Assembly (NCBI RefSeq): GCF_000196355.1
Contig: NC_007614.1
Coordinates: 2,250,001-2,282,000, forward strand
Source of the DNA: Nitrosospira multiformis ATCC 25196
GTDB taxonomy: Bacteria; Pseudomonadota; Gammaproteobacteria; Burkholderiales; Nitrosomonadaceae
Direction of reading: 5' to 3'
Length of the DNA: 32,000 nucleotides
Numbering within the stretch: position 1 is the first letter of the stretch; each line of letters starts with the position of its first letter. Under the pieces are notes generated by a model, which was given only the letters and a program-made list of their open reading frames with translations, was not told the origin of the DNA and searched no databases. Below, piece after piece: positions 10,467 through 20,082 of the stretch. Both the position numbers and the translations under genes were made by a program.

Positions 10467-11555
10467 TCAGGTATCCTCAACCACAATCCTGGCGAACAGC
10501 GCGGAATGGTCCAACGACAACTCGTCGATTTTCATGGCGAGGCGGCGAGCGATACTGCGATAAATTTCCGATATTCGTCCGTCAGGCTCTGCAACGACTG
10601 TCGGATTTCCGGAATCGGTATGTTCGCGAATTTTTATATCGAGGGGCAACGCTCCCAACAATTCCACATCGTAATCCCTGCACATTTTTTCCGCGCCACC
10701 TGTGCCAAAAATATGCTCTTCATGCCCGCAGTTCGAGCAAATGTGCGTGCTCATATTTTCGATGATGCCAATTATGGGAATGCCTACTTTCTGGAACATC
10801 TTCAATCCCTTGCGGGCATCGAGCAACGCAATATCTTGAGGCGTCGTAACAATGACGGCCCCTGTCACCGGCACTTTCTGCGCAAGTGTCAACTGGATAT
10901 CGCCCGTTCCCGGCGGCATGTCCACAATGAGATAATCTATTTCCTCCCACCGGGTATCAGTCAGCAACTGCTGCAGAGCCTGGGTAACCATGGGCCCGCG
11001 CCACACCATCGGTGTTTCCGCATCGATCAGAAGCCCGATGGACATGGCCTGAATACCATGCGCTCTCATCGGTTCGATGGTCTTGCCATCGGGAGACTCC
11101 GGCCTGCCGGTAATGCCCAGCATTTGCGGTTGTGAGGGACCATAAATATCGGCGTCCAGTATCCCGACAGAAGCGCCTTCGGCTGCCAACGCCAGCGCAA
11201 GGTTGACTGCCGTGGCGGATTTGCCCACCCCGCCCTTCCCCGAGGCCACGGCAATGATATTCTTGACTCCCGGGATGAGCTTCACTCCCCGCTGAACTGC
11301 GTGGGAAACGATCTTGCTTGAAACATTGGCATTTACACTCCCGATTCCCGGAATGGCTTTGAGCTTTCCAATCACCTGAGCGCGAATATCCTCCATTACA
11401 CTTTTTGCGGGATAACCGAGCACAATATCCAGCGATACATTATTGCCCTCGATGACGATATTGCGCGCCTCGTTGGTGCTTATGTAATCCTTGCCCGTGG
11501 TGAGATCGGTAATTTCCCTGAGTGCGACCTGTATTTGCTGTTCTGTAATAGCCAT
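10467..11555 (-). CDS. apbC: Mrp/ApbC-family iron-sulfur cluster carrier ATPase
   Basis: N-terminal DUF59-like region, deviant Walker A IAVASGKGGVGKSATAVNLA and the CxxC of HICSNCGHEEHIFG. Confidence 0.93.
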   Translation of the reverse strand: MAITEQQIQVALREITDLTTGKDYISTNEARNIVIEGNNVSLDIVLGYPAKSVMEDIRAQVIGKLKAIPGIGSVNANVSSKIVSHAVQRGVKLIPGVKNIIAVASGKGGVGKSATAVNLALALAAEGASVGILDADIYGPSQPQMLGITGRPESPDGKTIEPMRAHGIQAMSIGLLIDAETPMVWRGPMVTQALQQLLTDTRWEEIDYLIVDMPPGTGDIQLTLAQKVPVTGAVIVTTPQDIALLDARKGLKMFQKVGIPIIGIIENMSTHICSNCGHEEHIFGTGGAEKMCRDYDVELLGALPLDIKIREHTDSGNPTVVAEPDGRISEIYRSIARRLAMKIDELSLDHSALFARIVVEDT

Positions 11556-11774
11556 TTTTTGAACTCCTTTGACTTGGGGCTACTGATGACCCGAATATTA
11601 ACAAATATCAAGGGTTCGCGAATCCTTCGAGGACGAGAACGGCCAGCCGGTGCTTGCTCCTCTCTTCGTGCATGGAAGAAGGCCAGGGGGAAAACTCGTG
11701 GTACGATGAACGGGTGATAAATGCATCAGAATATGACCAGTCAGTGTTTCAAAGATAAGATCAGATGGAATGCT

Positions 11775-11805
11775 TTGACTCGGAAGTGCATCAGTCTGAT
11801 ATAAT
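11775..11805 (+). promoter_or_regulatory. Candidate promoter of tRNA-Arg
   Basis: TTGACT at 11775-11780 and perfect TATAAT at 11800-11805 (19 nt spacer), ending about 41 nt before the tRNA. Confidence 0.5.
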
Positions 11806-11846
11806 CACGCACGGCACTGGATATGCCAGAGTAGTTACCAGTCATA

Positions 11847-11923
11847 GCGCCCGTAGCTCAGTTGGATAGAGTACTTGGCTACGAACCAAGGGGTCGTGGG
11901 TTCGAATCCTGCCGGGCGCGCCA
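11847..11923 (+). tRNA. tRNA-Arg (anticodon ACG), CCA encoded
   Basis: Cloverleaf read by eye: acceptor GCGCCCG/CGGGCGC, D stem GCTC/GAGT, anticodon stem CTTGG/CCAAG with loop CTACGAA, T arm GTGGG-TTCGAAT-CCTGC, discriminator G then CCA. Confidence 0.95.
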
Positions 11924-11930
11924 AAATCAA

Positions 11931-11960
11931 GGGGCTAGCGAAGGTTGCTAGCCCCTTTCT
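11931..11960 (+). terminator. Intrinsic terminator after tRNA-Arg
   Basis: GGGGCTAGC-GAAGGTT-GCTAGCCCC followed by TTTCTT. Confidence 0.8.
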
Positions 11961-12146
11961 TGCTATTCACTCCTTCGTTTACTATTCAATGGCTTAACCC
12001 GGTCTGGTGTGCGGCGATAAATTATCTCGATTGTACGCGCCCCCGCATGTGAGAGCAGTTCTTCATGCTCCAGAACCCGCGTTGCTCGCGCGCTGCCTTT
12101 CTTTTGCCTGGATTCCCACGCCAGTATTCAACAATTTCCCAATCTT

Positions 12147-12245
12147 CAATGTAGCGCGTTCTGGCTTTTTATCCTCAACTCGAACCTCAGCTTTAACCGG
12201 ATGAAGGTTGACGTATCCCCACTCGACTGCTTTGGTGTACGCATG
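12147..12245 (-). pseudogene. Possible remnant of a tyrosine recombinase (phage-type integrase)
   Basis: Within the 12063..12428 minus-strand ORF, HAYTKAVEWGYVNLHPVKAEVRVEDKKPERATL resembles the segment before the catalytic domain of tRNA-targeting integrases; no catalytic R...HxxR...Y set is visible. Confidence 0.4.
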
Positions 12246-12511
12246 ACGAGCACTTCGCTCTCCTGATGAGCCGGCTGTACGCCCTCCGGTGATTTTGCCG
12301 GGCGCATTCGCTTTCTGCGCCGCGATCCTGGCGGCTTGCGCGTCCCAGCCCGAAGCATGTCGATCTAAGCCAGTGCGCACCGCCTCCGAACTCCGTACGA
12401 GAATGTTATGGGCACAGCATTGACTCAATGGATGAGAAAGGATGTCTCTTTTTTCTGTATGACTGAATGAGGTTCGTTAATCTGCTTCAGCATGAACATA
12501 GCAAAGAACAG

Positions 12512-12541
12512 TTGACGAAAAAAGACAACCGGTCGTATTAT
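12512..12541 (+). promoter_or_regulatory. Candidate promoter of the TetR-family gene
   Basis: TTGACG (12512-12517), 18 nt spacer, TATTAT (12536-12541), 6 nt before the ATG at 12548. Confidence 0.55.
12522..12538 (+). promoter_or_regulatory. Operator-like site 1 (AAGACAACCGGTCGTAT)
   Basis: Overlaps the promoter of the TetR gene; 14/17 identical to site 2 at 13176-13192. Confidence 0.6.
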
Positions 12542-12547
12542 TAATAC

Positions 12548-13156
12548 ATGACGCGATCTGCAAAAAAAGAAGCGAGCAGGGATAATCTGTTGAATCAGGG
12601 TGTAAGCATGCTCATGCGTCAGGGCTACCACGGTACTGGTCTCCAGGAAATTCTGGATGCGGTAAATATTCCCAAAGGCTCTTTTTATAATTACTTCGAC
12701 AGCAAGGAGGATTTTGGCGCCAAGGTTATCCAACATTACGTCGATCCTTTTATCACCCAGCTGACCACTCATTTACAACGCTCCGAGCCCGACGCACTGG
12801 GTGCAATACAGTGTTATTTTGATGAGCTTGTCGCGGAGCTGGAGAAAAACGATTTCAAGGGTGGCTGCCTCCTTGGGAATCTAATGGGCGAGATAGGTGA
12901 TACCAGTCCTCTTTGCCAGCAATCCCTCCAGACGGCTGTTACCCGGTATCGGGATTTGCTGCAATCTGGCTTGGTCAAGGCTCAGCAACAAGGCACGGTC
13001 AGAACAGACAAATCAGCGGTGGAGATGGCCGATTTATTAATAAATGCCTGGCAGGGAGCTTTGCTGAGAGCGAAGATCGAAAAATCGCCCGCACCTGTCA
13101 AGCAATGCTGTCAGGATCTGCTCGGAGATTTTTTCAGGCCTCCTGCATCTGGCTAA
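12548..13156 (+). CDS. TetR/AcrR-family transcriptional regulator
   Basis: N-terminal HTH: LLNQGVSMLMRQGYHGTGLQEILDAVNIPKGSFYNYFDSKEDF, followed by a helical ligand-binding-type domain. Confidence 0.92.
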   Translation: MTRSAKKEASRDNLLNQGVSMLMRQGYHGTGLQEILDAVNIPKGSFYNYFDSKEDFGAKVIQHYVDPFITQLTTHLQRSEPDALGAIQCYFDELVAELEKNDFKGGCLLGNLMGEIGDTSPLCQQSLQTAVTRYRDLLQSGLVKAQQQGTVRTDKSAVEMADLLINAWQGALLRAKIEKSPAPVKQCCQDLLGDFFRPPASG

Positions 13157-13175
13157 TATTTTTTTCTCTTTTATT

Positions 13176-13192
13176 AAGACGACCAGTCATAT
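13176..13192 (+). promoter_or_regulatory. Operator-like site 2 (AAGACGACCAGTCATAT)
   Basis: 14/17 identity to site 1; lies upstream of the DUF4242 gene next to AT-rich TATATT. Confidence 0.55.
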
Positions 13193-13219
13193 ATTTATTA
13201 ATCGAAACAAGAGGTATAA

Positions 13220-13498
13220 ATGCCCAAATTCATCATTGAACGTGAGATTCCCGAAGCAGGTTCGTTTACCGCTCAGGATCTGCAAGCCATTTCTGAGAAA
13301 TCATGCAACGTACTAGCCAACATGAGATCTCCGATTCAGTGGGTGGAAAGTTATGTGACCGATAACAAGGTTTACTGCATCTATATTGCACCCGATGAGA
13401 TGGCCATACGAGCCCACGCCGAACAAGGCGATTTTCCTGCAAATCGTGTTTCCCGCATCCTGTCTGTAATCGATCCCACCGCGGCAGAGCGTTGCTAG
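13220..13498 (+). CDS. DUF4242 (SCO4226-like, nickel-binding-type) small protein
   Basis: MPKFIIEREIPEAGSFTAQDLQAISEKSCNVLA...IQWVESYVTDNKVYCIYIAPDEMAIRAHAEQGDFPANRVSRI pattern. Confidence 0.8.
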   Translation: MPKFIIEREIPEAGSFTAQDLQAISEKSCNVLANMRSPIQWVESYVTDNKVYCIYIAPDEMAIRAHAEQGDFPANRVSRILSVIDPTAAERC

Positions 13499-13565
13499 AA
13501 CGCGGAATTCGAGCAATAGAGTAAGCAATCCGCCCAACTGTAAAAATACTTTTAAGGAGATGTAC

Positions 13566-15311
13566 ATGGAATCCCGTGCTTTTAATTCCCTTATGATGGG
13601 ACTGGTATTGGCTGGGACAAGCGTCTTTTGCCCGTCCTCAGAAGCGCGTGACTCGGCTGTGGGCGAGCAAAGCCGAACCCCTGCGGCGCAGGGATCAAAC
13701 CACAAGCATTATGAAGCTTCACCCATGGCGAATCATCCAGGACCGGATGGGCAACTGGCCCCCAGGTTGCAGAACCTCGGCAATCATGCGTTTCCAGTCA
13801 GCACGCCAAATAAAAGAGCACAGCTCTTTATCAATCAGGGCATCAATCTGGCTTACGGCTTCAACCATGCCGAAGCGCGACGCGCATTCCGCGAAGCCGC
13901 GCGACTCGATCCCGCGCTGGCAATGGCATACTGGGGTCAGGCGCTGGTACTGGGCCCCAACATCAATGCCCCCATGGATCCCAACGATGAGCCCGATGCC
14001 TTGAAGCTGGTGCAAAAGGCGAAATCGCTGATGGAGTCGATCTCGGAAAGGGAACAGGCACTGATCAGAGCGCTGGAGAAACGTTATTCAGGCGATTCAG
14101 GGGATCGCGCGGCAAATGACAAGTCTTATGCTGAAGCAATGCGGACGGTCCATCGGCGTTTTCCCGCTGACCCTGATATCGCAATGCTCTATGTGGAATC
14201 AGTGATGGATCTCCGCCCCTGGGGATACTGGATGCGGGACGGCCATCCTCATGCGGGAACGGCTGAAATCGTGGCGCTGACCGAGGAAGTATTGCGCCGC
14301 CATCCCGCGCATCCCGCCGCATTGCACATGCAAATTCATCTAATGGAGCCCACGAACACGCCCGAGCGAGCGGAGAAAGCCGCGGATGTCCTGCTCCCGC
14401 TGATGCCTGCAGCGGGTCACATGATACACATGCCGTCGCACATTTATCAGCGGGTGGGACGGTATGGGGATGCGATAAAAAGCAACCGATTGGCAATAGC
14501 GGCCGACGAGGACTACATCGCTCAATGCCAGGCACAGGGACTGTACCCGATGGCCTACTACCCGCATAACATCCACTTTCTTTCGTTTTCTGCCACTGCA
14601 AACGGTCAAAGCAGAATGGCGATCGAATCCGCCCGCAAGACCGCCAGCAGGATAGACGATGCCACGCTGAAGGAAATGCCCCTGACTGCCGTGTTCCGCA
14701 TGACACCCTACTGGGCTCTCGCGAGGTTCGGACACTGGCAGGAGATACTCGATGAGCCCTCTCCTCCCGTCACGAACGCCTTCCTCAAGGGGAGCTGGCA
14801 TTATGTCCGGGGTCTCGCATTTGTCGCAACCGGGCGTCTTTCCCAAGCCGAGCAGGAACTGGGAACCTTGCGCGAGATCATGAAAGACCCGAGCCTGGAC
14901 GGTGCGCTTTTCTCCAAGAATACGCCGCGCACCGTGCTGAGGATTGCTCCGGAAGTACTGGCCGGTGAAATTGACGCCGCTCGCGGTAAATTCGATTCGG
15001 CCATAGCGCATCTTGAACGCGCGATCCGCTACGAGGATGCTCTGGTTTACACGGAACCCGCTGAGTGGCACTATCCGCCGCGGCTCGCGCTGGGCGCGAT
15101 CCTACTTGAAGCCGGATATCCCGATGAAGCAGAGACGGTCTACTGGAGCGACCTGCAACGCAATCGCGACAGTGGTTGGACTCTTTTCGGGCTGCTGCAG
15201 GCCCTGCGCGCCCAGAAAAAGGAAGCCGAAGCCGAAGTTATTGAGGCGCGCTTCAAAAGGGCATGGGAGCAGGCTGACGTAAAGCTGACGGCGTCACGCA
15301 TGGGGCGATAG
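13566..15311 (+). CDS. Exported TPR-repeat protein
   Basis: TPR-like NHAEARRAFREAARLDPALAMAYWGQALVLGPNIN and further helical repeats; signal-like N-terminus MESRAFNSLMMGLVLAGTSVFCPSSEA. AAGGAG is spaced 6 nt from the ATG at 13566, so that start is preferred over 13560. Confidence 0.85.
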   Translation: MESRAFNSLMMGLVLAGTSVFCPSSEARDSAVGEQSRTPAAQGSNHKHYEASPMANHPGPDGQLAPRLQNLGNHAFPVSTPNKRAQLFINQGINLAYGFNHAEARRAFREAARLDPALAMAYWGQALVLGPNINAPMDPNDEPDALKLVQKAKSLMESISEREQALIRALEKRYSGDSGDRAANDKSYAEAMRTVHRRFPADPDIAMLYVESVMDLRPWGYWMRDGHPHAGTAEIVALTEEVLRRHPAHPAALHMQIHLMEPTNTPERAEKAADVLLPLMPAAGHMIHMPSHIYQRVGRYGDAIKSNRLAIAADEDYIAQCQAQGLYPMAYYPHNIHFLSFSATANGQSRMAIESARKTASRIDDATLKEMPLTAVFRMTPYWALARFGHWQEILDEPSPPVTNAFLKGSWHYVRGLAFVATGRLSQAEQELGTLREIMKDPSLDGALFSKNTPRTVLRIAPEVLAGEIDAARGKFDSAIAHLERAIRYEDALVYTEPAEWHYPPRLALGAILLEAGYPDEAETVYWSDLQRNRDSGWTLFGLLQALRAQKKEAEAEVIEARFKRAWEQADVKLTASRMGR

Positions 15312-15629
15312 CGAAAACCCTGATAACCGCCGTCCGATGATACGGAGAAAATTTAGTTCTCGCTCCCGAGTCCCAAACTGGGTATTTCTTCCAATTTCGG
15401 AGGACGAGGCCGCGGAACTTATCGGGGAGCGCCGCACTCAACCTCCTCGATTTTTTTCTTTCTGATTGTTCTCGCCCCTTTGATGCTTGGGCAGTGACTA
15501 TTGGGGCTGGATCTGGGGCGTGGATCAAGGGCACTCGCATTACACTCTCATGATCATCGAAATCCTGCAGAGGATAGGCGGATTCTTCGGCTCCCTGTCA
15601 GTTCGACTTGGGTGGGCGTCCAATACGAT

Positions 15630-18600
15630 CTACGCCCGCTGTCCCGCCAGGTCCCCCGTCTCGAGCTTCAATGGTCCTTTGCCGGAGTATCGGTCCAGGT
15701 ATAGATAGATCACCGGTGTGATGAACAAGGTGATCACCTGAGAAAACAGTAGTCCACCCACCACGGCAAGACCCAGCGGCTGGCGCAGTTCCGCGCCTGC
15801 TCCCAATCCCAGGGCGATAGGAAGCGCACCCATCAGGGCCGCCAGAGTAGTCATCATGATTGGCCGGAATCGCAGCAGGCAAGCGGTCCTGATCGCTTCC
15901 TGAGGTGTCATCCCTTCGTTGCGTTGGGCATCGAGCGCGAAATCGATCATCATGATCGCGTTCTTTTTAACTATGCCGATCAGCATAAGGATGCCGATCA
16001 TGGCGATGATCGAGAGTTCCATATTGAACAGCCATAACATTCCCAAAGCTCCAACTGCAGCCGATGGCAGTCCTGAAAGGATCGTAACGGGATGGATATA
16101 GCTTTCATACAGCACACCAAGCAAAACATAGATGACCAGCAATGCGCCGATGATGAGTATCACCTGGCTTGCCTGTGAAGACTGGAATGCTGCCGCATCC
16201 CCCGCATAGCTCGTGAGAATGCTGGCGGGGACATTCAGTTCGCGCTTGAACTTCTCTATTCGGACAGAGGCTTCTCCCAGCGCGGCCCCGGGCGCGAGAT
16301 TGAACGAGATGGTCAACGACTCGAGCTGGCCGGAGTGGTTGATCGCAAGGGGTCCCACCTGGCGTTCAACCGATGCAACGCTGGAGAGTGGCACCAGCAT
16401 GCCGTTCTTGCCACGCAGATAGATTTTATCGAACGCACTCTCGTCGGCGCGGTCCTCCGATGCTACCTGCAGGATAACCGGATAACTGTCGCTGGAGGTA
16501 TAGATCGTCGACACCTGGCGCTCACCAAACGCGCTGTACAGCAGAGAACGTATATCGGACATCTGCACGCCCAGCAGATTGACTTTGTCACGATTGATAT
16601 TGAGTTGCGCCTGCAGCCCCTTCAACTGGGAATCACTGGTGACATCGCGGAATATCGGATCGGCACGCATGCGCGCCATCAAACCCTCTGCCGCACCGCG
16701 CAATTCCTCCGCGCGCACACTGCGCATGACATATTGATAACGGCTCTTGCTGGTGCGTCCTCCCAGCCTGAGATTCTGAATGGGATTGATGAAAACGTTG
16801 ACGCCAGGAATAGCGCTGACCTCGCGCCGCAAATCTTCCATTACCTTGTTGAGAGGGGGCCGTTCGCTCCGCGGCTTCAAGGTCATGAACAACCGGGCGC
16901 TATTGCTTTCGGTCGCATTGACGATGAGTGTGTCAACAGCCGGATTGGCGCGCATGATTTCCCCCGTTTGCTGCAACAATTCTGTCATGGCTGGAAAGGA
17001 AATGTCTTCAACCGCGTCCACGGTGATCAGCGCCTGTCCGATATCCTCCGTAGGGAAAAAACCTTTGGGCAAGACCACGAACAAGCCTGCCGTGGCAATG
17101 AAGGTGCCCATGGCAATGCCGAGCACGGTACGGCGATGAAGCAACGCGAGATCGAGGAAGCGTTCATAGACTCCCAGGGTACGGATGAATCCCCGCTCGA
17201 ACCAGGCGGTCCACTTCAGGCTTCTGCCCTCGGACTCGTGCTGGACGATATACCGGCTTGTCATCACGGGCACCAACGTGAGCGAGACAAGTGCCGACAT
17301 CATGATGGCGATGCCCACTACCCCTGCAAATTCATGAAAAAGCAGGCCGATTACTCCGGGCATGAAAAAAATCGGGATGAAGACGGCCACCAGCGAGAGG
17401 GAAATCGACATGATGGTAAAACTCACCTCTTTCGACCCCACCAGAGCCGCCTGCAAGGGCGGCATCCCCTCCTCGATATGACGAACGATATTTTCCAGCA
17501 TTACGATGGCATCATCCACGACCAGGCCGACCGCGAGCGTGATTGCCAGCAGGGAAATATTGTCCAGGCTGTAATCGAGCAGATACATCATCGCTACGGT
17601 TCCAAGCAGGGAGATCGGCAGCGACAGCGCCGGAATCAGCGTGGCGGAAGCCTTCCGCAGGAACAGGAAAATCACAAGTAGAACGAGTACGATCGTTACC
17701 GCCAGCGTCACCTGCACATCATGAATCGAGTCGCGAATCGAAACCGAGCGGTCGCTGGTCAGCTTGAGTTGCACCGACGAAGGCATTTGGGCGACCAGCG
17801 CCGGCAGGGCGGCTTTTATGGCATCCACGGTCGCCACTGTATTGGCGCCCGGCTGGCGCTGCACCGACAAGGTTATTGCCCGCTCCCCATTGGCCCAGCT
17901 TGCGGTCTTGACCGACTGAACGCTGTCTTCAACTTCCGCTACTTCCGAGAGGCGCACGGGGTTCCCTGCATCAGAGGTCGCTACGATCAGATCCGCGAAG
18001 GCTGCCGCGTTTCCGAGCTGGCGGTTGGCCTGAATGGTAAGCGTCTGACGCGGTCCCTCGAGAGTGCCTATCGGCGTATTGGCGTTGGCAGTTCCCAGCG
18101 CAGTGGCGATATCGTCCAGCGTCAAATTACGGACAGCAAGCGCTTCCGCATTGACATGGATACGTACGGCGTATTTTTTCTGGCCGTTGATCTGGACCTG
18201 CGCAACGCCCGAGAGCGTTGATAAAGTGGGAGCAATCAGGTCTTCGGCAAGGCTGTTCAGTTCCGACAACGACATCGAAGGCGATGTCAGCGTAAGAAAG
18301 AGGATGGGCGAGTCGGCAGGATTGATCTTGCGATACGAAGGGGGTGACGTCATCTCGATCGGGAGAGCGCGCTCGGCTCGCAGCAAGGCCGCCTGTACGT
18401 CAATTGCCGCGCTGTCGATATCCCGTTTCTGGTCAAATTCCAGGGTAATCGCAGTATTGCCAAGCGTGCTGGTGGAACTGATTACCGAAAGACCAGAGAT
18501 CGTCGAGAATTGCCGCTCCAGTGGGGTTGCCACAGAGGAAGCCATTGTCTCGGGACTGGCGCCCGGCAATACCGCTGCCACCGAAATAGTGGGCGAGTCA

Positions 18601-18719
18601 TAACTGGGAAGGGCGGCAATAGGCAAATTACCGTAAGCCATAATGCCGGCGAGAATAGCCGAGGCTGACAACAGCACCGTCATGATGGGACGGCGAATGC
18701 ACAGTTCCGAGAGATTCAT
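15630..18719 (-). CDS. RND efflux transporter permease (AcrB/MdtBC-like)
   Basis: 1029 aa; MNLSELCIRRPIMTVLLSASAILAGIMAYGNLPIAALPSYDSPTISV and duplicated TM regions (e.g. LAVGLVVDDAIVMLENIVRHIEEG). Confidence 0.95.
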   Translation of the reverse strand: MNLSELCIRRPIMTVLLSASAILAGIMAYGNLPIAALPSYDSPTISVAAVLPGASPETMASSVATPLERQFSTISGLSVISSTSTLGNTAITLEFDQKRDIDSAAIDVQAALLRAERALPIEMTSPPSYRKINPADSPILFLTLTSPSMSLSELNSLAEDLIAPTLSTLSGVAQVQINGQKKYAVRIHVNAEALAVRNLTLDDIATALGTANANTPIGTLEGPRQTLTIQANRQLGNAAAFADLIVATSDAGNPVRLSEVAEVEDSVQSVKTASWANGERAITLSVQRQPGANTVATVDAIKAALPALVAQMPSSVQLKLTSDRSVSIRDSIHDVQVTLAVTIVLVLLVIFLFLRKASATLIPALSLPISLLGTVAMMYLLDYSLDNISLLAITLAVGLVVDDAIVMLENIVRHIEEGMPPLQAALVGSKEVSFTIMSISLSLVAVFIPIFFMPGVIGLLFHEFAGVVGIAIMMSALVSLTLVPVMTSRYIVQHESEGRSLKWTAWFERGFIRTLGVYERFLDLALLHRRTVLGIAMGTFIATAGLFVVLPKGFFPTEDIGQALITVDAVEDISFPAMTELLQQTGEIMRANPAVDTLIVNATESNSARLFMTLKPRSERPPLNKVMEDLRREVSAIPGVNVFINPIQNLRLGGRTSKSRYQYVMRSVRAEELRGAAEGLMARMRADPIFRDVTSDSQLKGLQAQLNINRDKVNLLGVQMSDIRSLLYSAFGERQVSTIYTSSDSYPVILQVASEDRADESAFDKIYLRGKNGMLVPLSSVASVERQVGPLAINHSGQLESLTISFNLAPGAALGEASVRIEKFKRELNVPASILTSYAGDAAAFQSSQASQVILIIGALLVIYVLLGVLYESYIHPVTILSGLPSAAVGALGMLWLFNMELSIIAMIGILMLIGIVKKNAIMMIDFALDAQRNEGMTPQEAIRTACLLRFRPIMMTTLAALMGALPIALGLGAGAELRQPLGLAVVGGLLFSQVITLFITPVIYLYLDRYSGKGPLKLETGDLAGQRA

Positions 18720-18770
18720 CGCGCTGACTTCATGCTGTTGCAGATCGGCCCTGCCAAAACAATTTGCTCA

Positions 18771-19958
18771 TCAGGAGTTTCTACCCGCTGCCCCGGCACC
18801 AGTCTTGATGGAACTCGCCTCCGTTACGGCGCTGCCCGGACGGAGATTCTGCGCCCCCTCCGCTACCACATGCATCCCGGAAGTAATGGCCTTTCCCTCT
18901 ACTACCGCAACCCCTTCCTGTACCAGGCGCACCTCGACCGAAAAAGGCTTTACCTTTCCGGTTTCGTCCAGTACATACAGGAATTTTCCTTCCGGTCCAT
19001 TCTGCACGGCCTGCACCGGCACCGTCAGAGCATGGATCAAAGTTTGCGGCGCGAGCGACACCATGACAAACATGCCTGGCCACAGGTGCCTGTCGGCATT
19101 GGGAAACTCTGCCTTGAGACGAATTGTACCGCTTGCCGTATCGACGGCATTATCGATAAATATCAGGCGGCCCGTTCTTGTCTGTTTTTGCGGCCCATTC
19201 AGCTCGACGGTTACCGGCACTTCGCCTTTCGCAAAAGCCTGCTGCAAAGGTATGAAGTCGCGTTCCGGCAAGGTGAAGCTGACGTTGATCGGATCGATCT
19301 GGGTAATGCTCACCAAAGCATCATTGGGCTGCACCAAGCTGCCCTGATATACCGAAATGGCGCCCGAACGACCAGAGATCGGGGCAGTGATTTCGCTGAA
19401 GCCGCGGGCGATTCTATTCGCCTGAGCTGTAGCCTCATCGACTGTAAGCTGGGCGCGTAGCGCATCCACCTGATTCTCCGCCACATCCAGGGCCGCCTGC
19501 GAAATAAAATCCTGCCTGAACAGTTCCCGCTGGCGTTCAAGATTACGTTCCGCATTTCTCAAATCGGCACGTGACTTCGCCAGTTGCCCCTCTGTTCTGC
19601 GCACATTGGCATCCTCAGTGCGCGCGTCGAGCGTGAAAAGCGGCTCGCCCTTTCGAACGAATTGACCTTCCCTGATATGCACGGCGCTGATCATTGCGCT
19701 CAGCTGGGGACGCACGGCCACCATCTGCTGCGCCGACACGGTACCGTTGGCAGCGAGTTGTACCGGTACGTTCTGCTGGTTGATGACCGCTGTTATTACC
19801 GGCGTAGGTTCCGAAGTCTTCTTCTTCGCATCGATCGCGCCACTCGGGTTACGCCACATCCAGGTCCCCGCTATCAGGGCAGCCAGTATAAAACCAAGGA
19901 TTGTGACTCTCAGGCGTCGGACAGGTGTAGTCCTTTTTATTTCAGAAATAGCTTCCAT
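18771..19958 (-). CDS. RND periplasmic adaptor (membrane fusion) protein
   Basis: N-terminal TM, ISAVHIREGQFVRKGEPLFTLD lipoyl-like hairpin motif, ITAPISGRSGAISVYQGSLVQPNDAL; located directly upstream of the permease. Confidence 0.93.
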   Translation of the reverse strand: MEAISEIKRTTPVRRLRVTILGFILAALIAGTWMWRNPSGAIDAKKKTSEPTPVITAVINQQNVPVQLAANGTVSAQQMVAVRPQLSAMISAVHIREGQFVRKGEPLFTLDARTEDANVRRTEGQLAKSRADLRNAERNLERQRELFRQDFISQAALDVAENQVDALRAQLTVDEATAQANRIARGFSEITAPISGRSGAISVYQGSLVQPNDALVSITQIDPINVSFTLPERDFIPLQQAFAKGEVPVTVELNGPQKQTRTGRLIFIDNAVDTASGTIRLKAEFPNADRHLWPGMFVMVSLAPQTLIHALTVPVQAVQNGPEGKFLYVLDETGKVKPFSVEVRLVQEGVAVVEGKAITSGMHVVAEGAQNLRPGSAVTEASSIKTGAGAAGRNS

Positions 19959-20082
19959 CAGGGAGACTTAGCCGAATGCGATCGAATTATGGGTCCGGAA
20001 AGGGAGAGGAGCATACCAAGAAGTACAGCGGGAAGCACCGTCTTATCAGTTGGCCGCACCGTGAAGATACTTCTCGACTTCT

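Noticed and set aside
14065-15071. Minus-strand ORFs of 213 and 243 aa
   Set aside because: Overlap each other and lie antisense to the TPR gene; no family signatures.
16335-17681. 448-aa plus-strand ORF
   Set aside because: Fully antisense to the well-supported RND permease; low-complexity His/Gln/Arg-rich translation typical of shadow ORFs in GC-rich genes.
18643-19460. Plus-strand ORFs of 234 and 242 aa
   Set aside because: Antisense to the RND adaptor gene; composition consistent with shadow frames.
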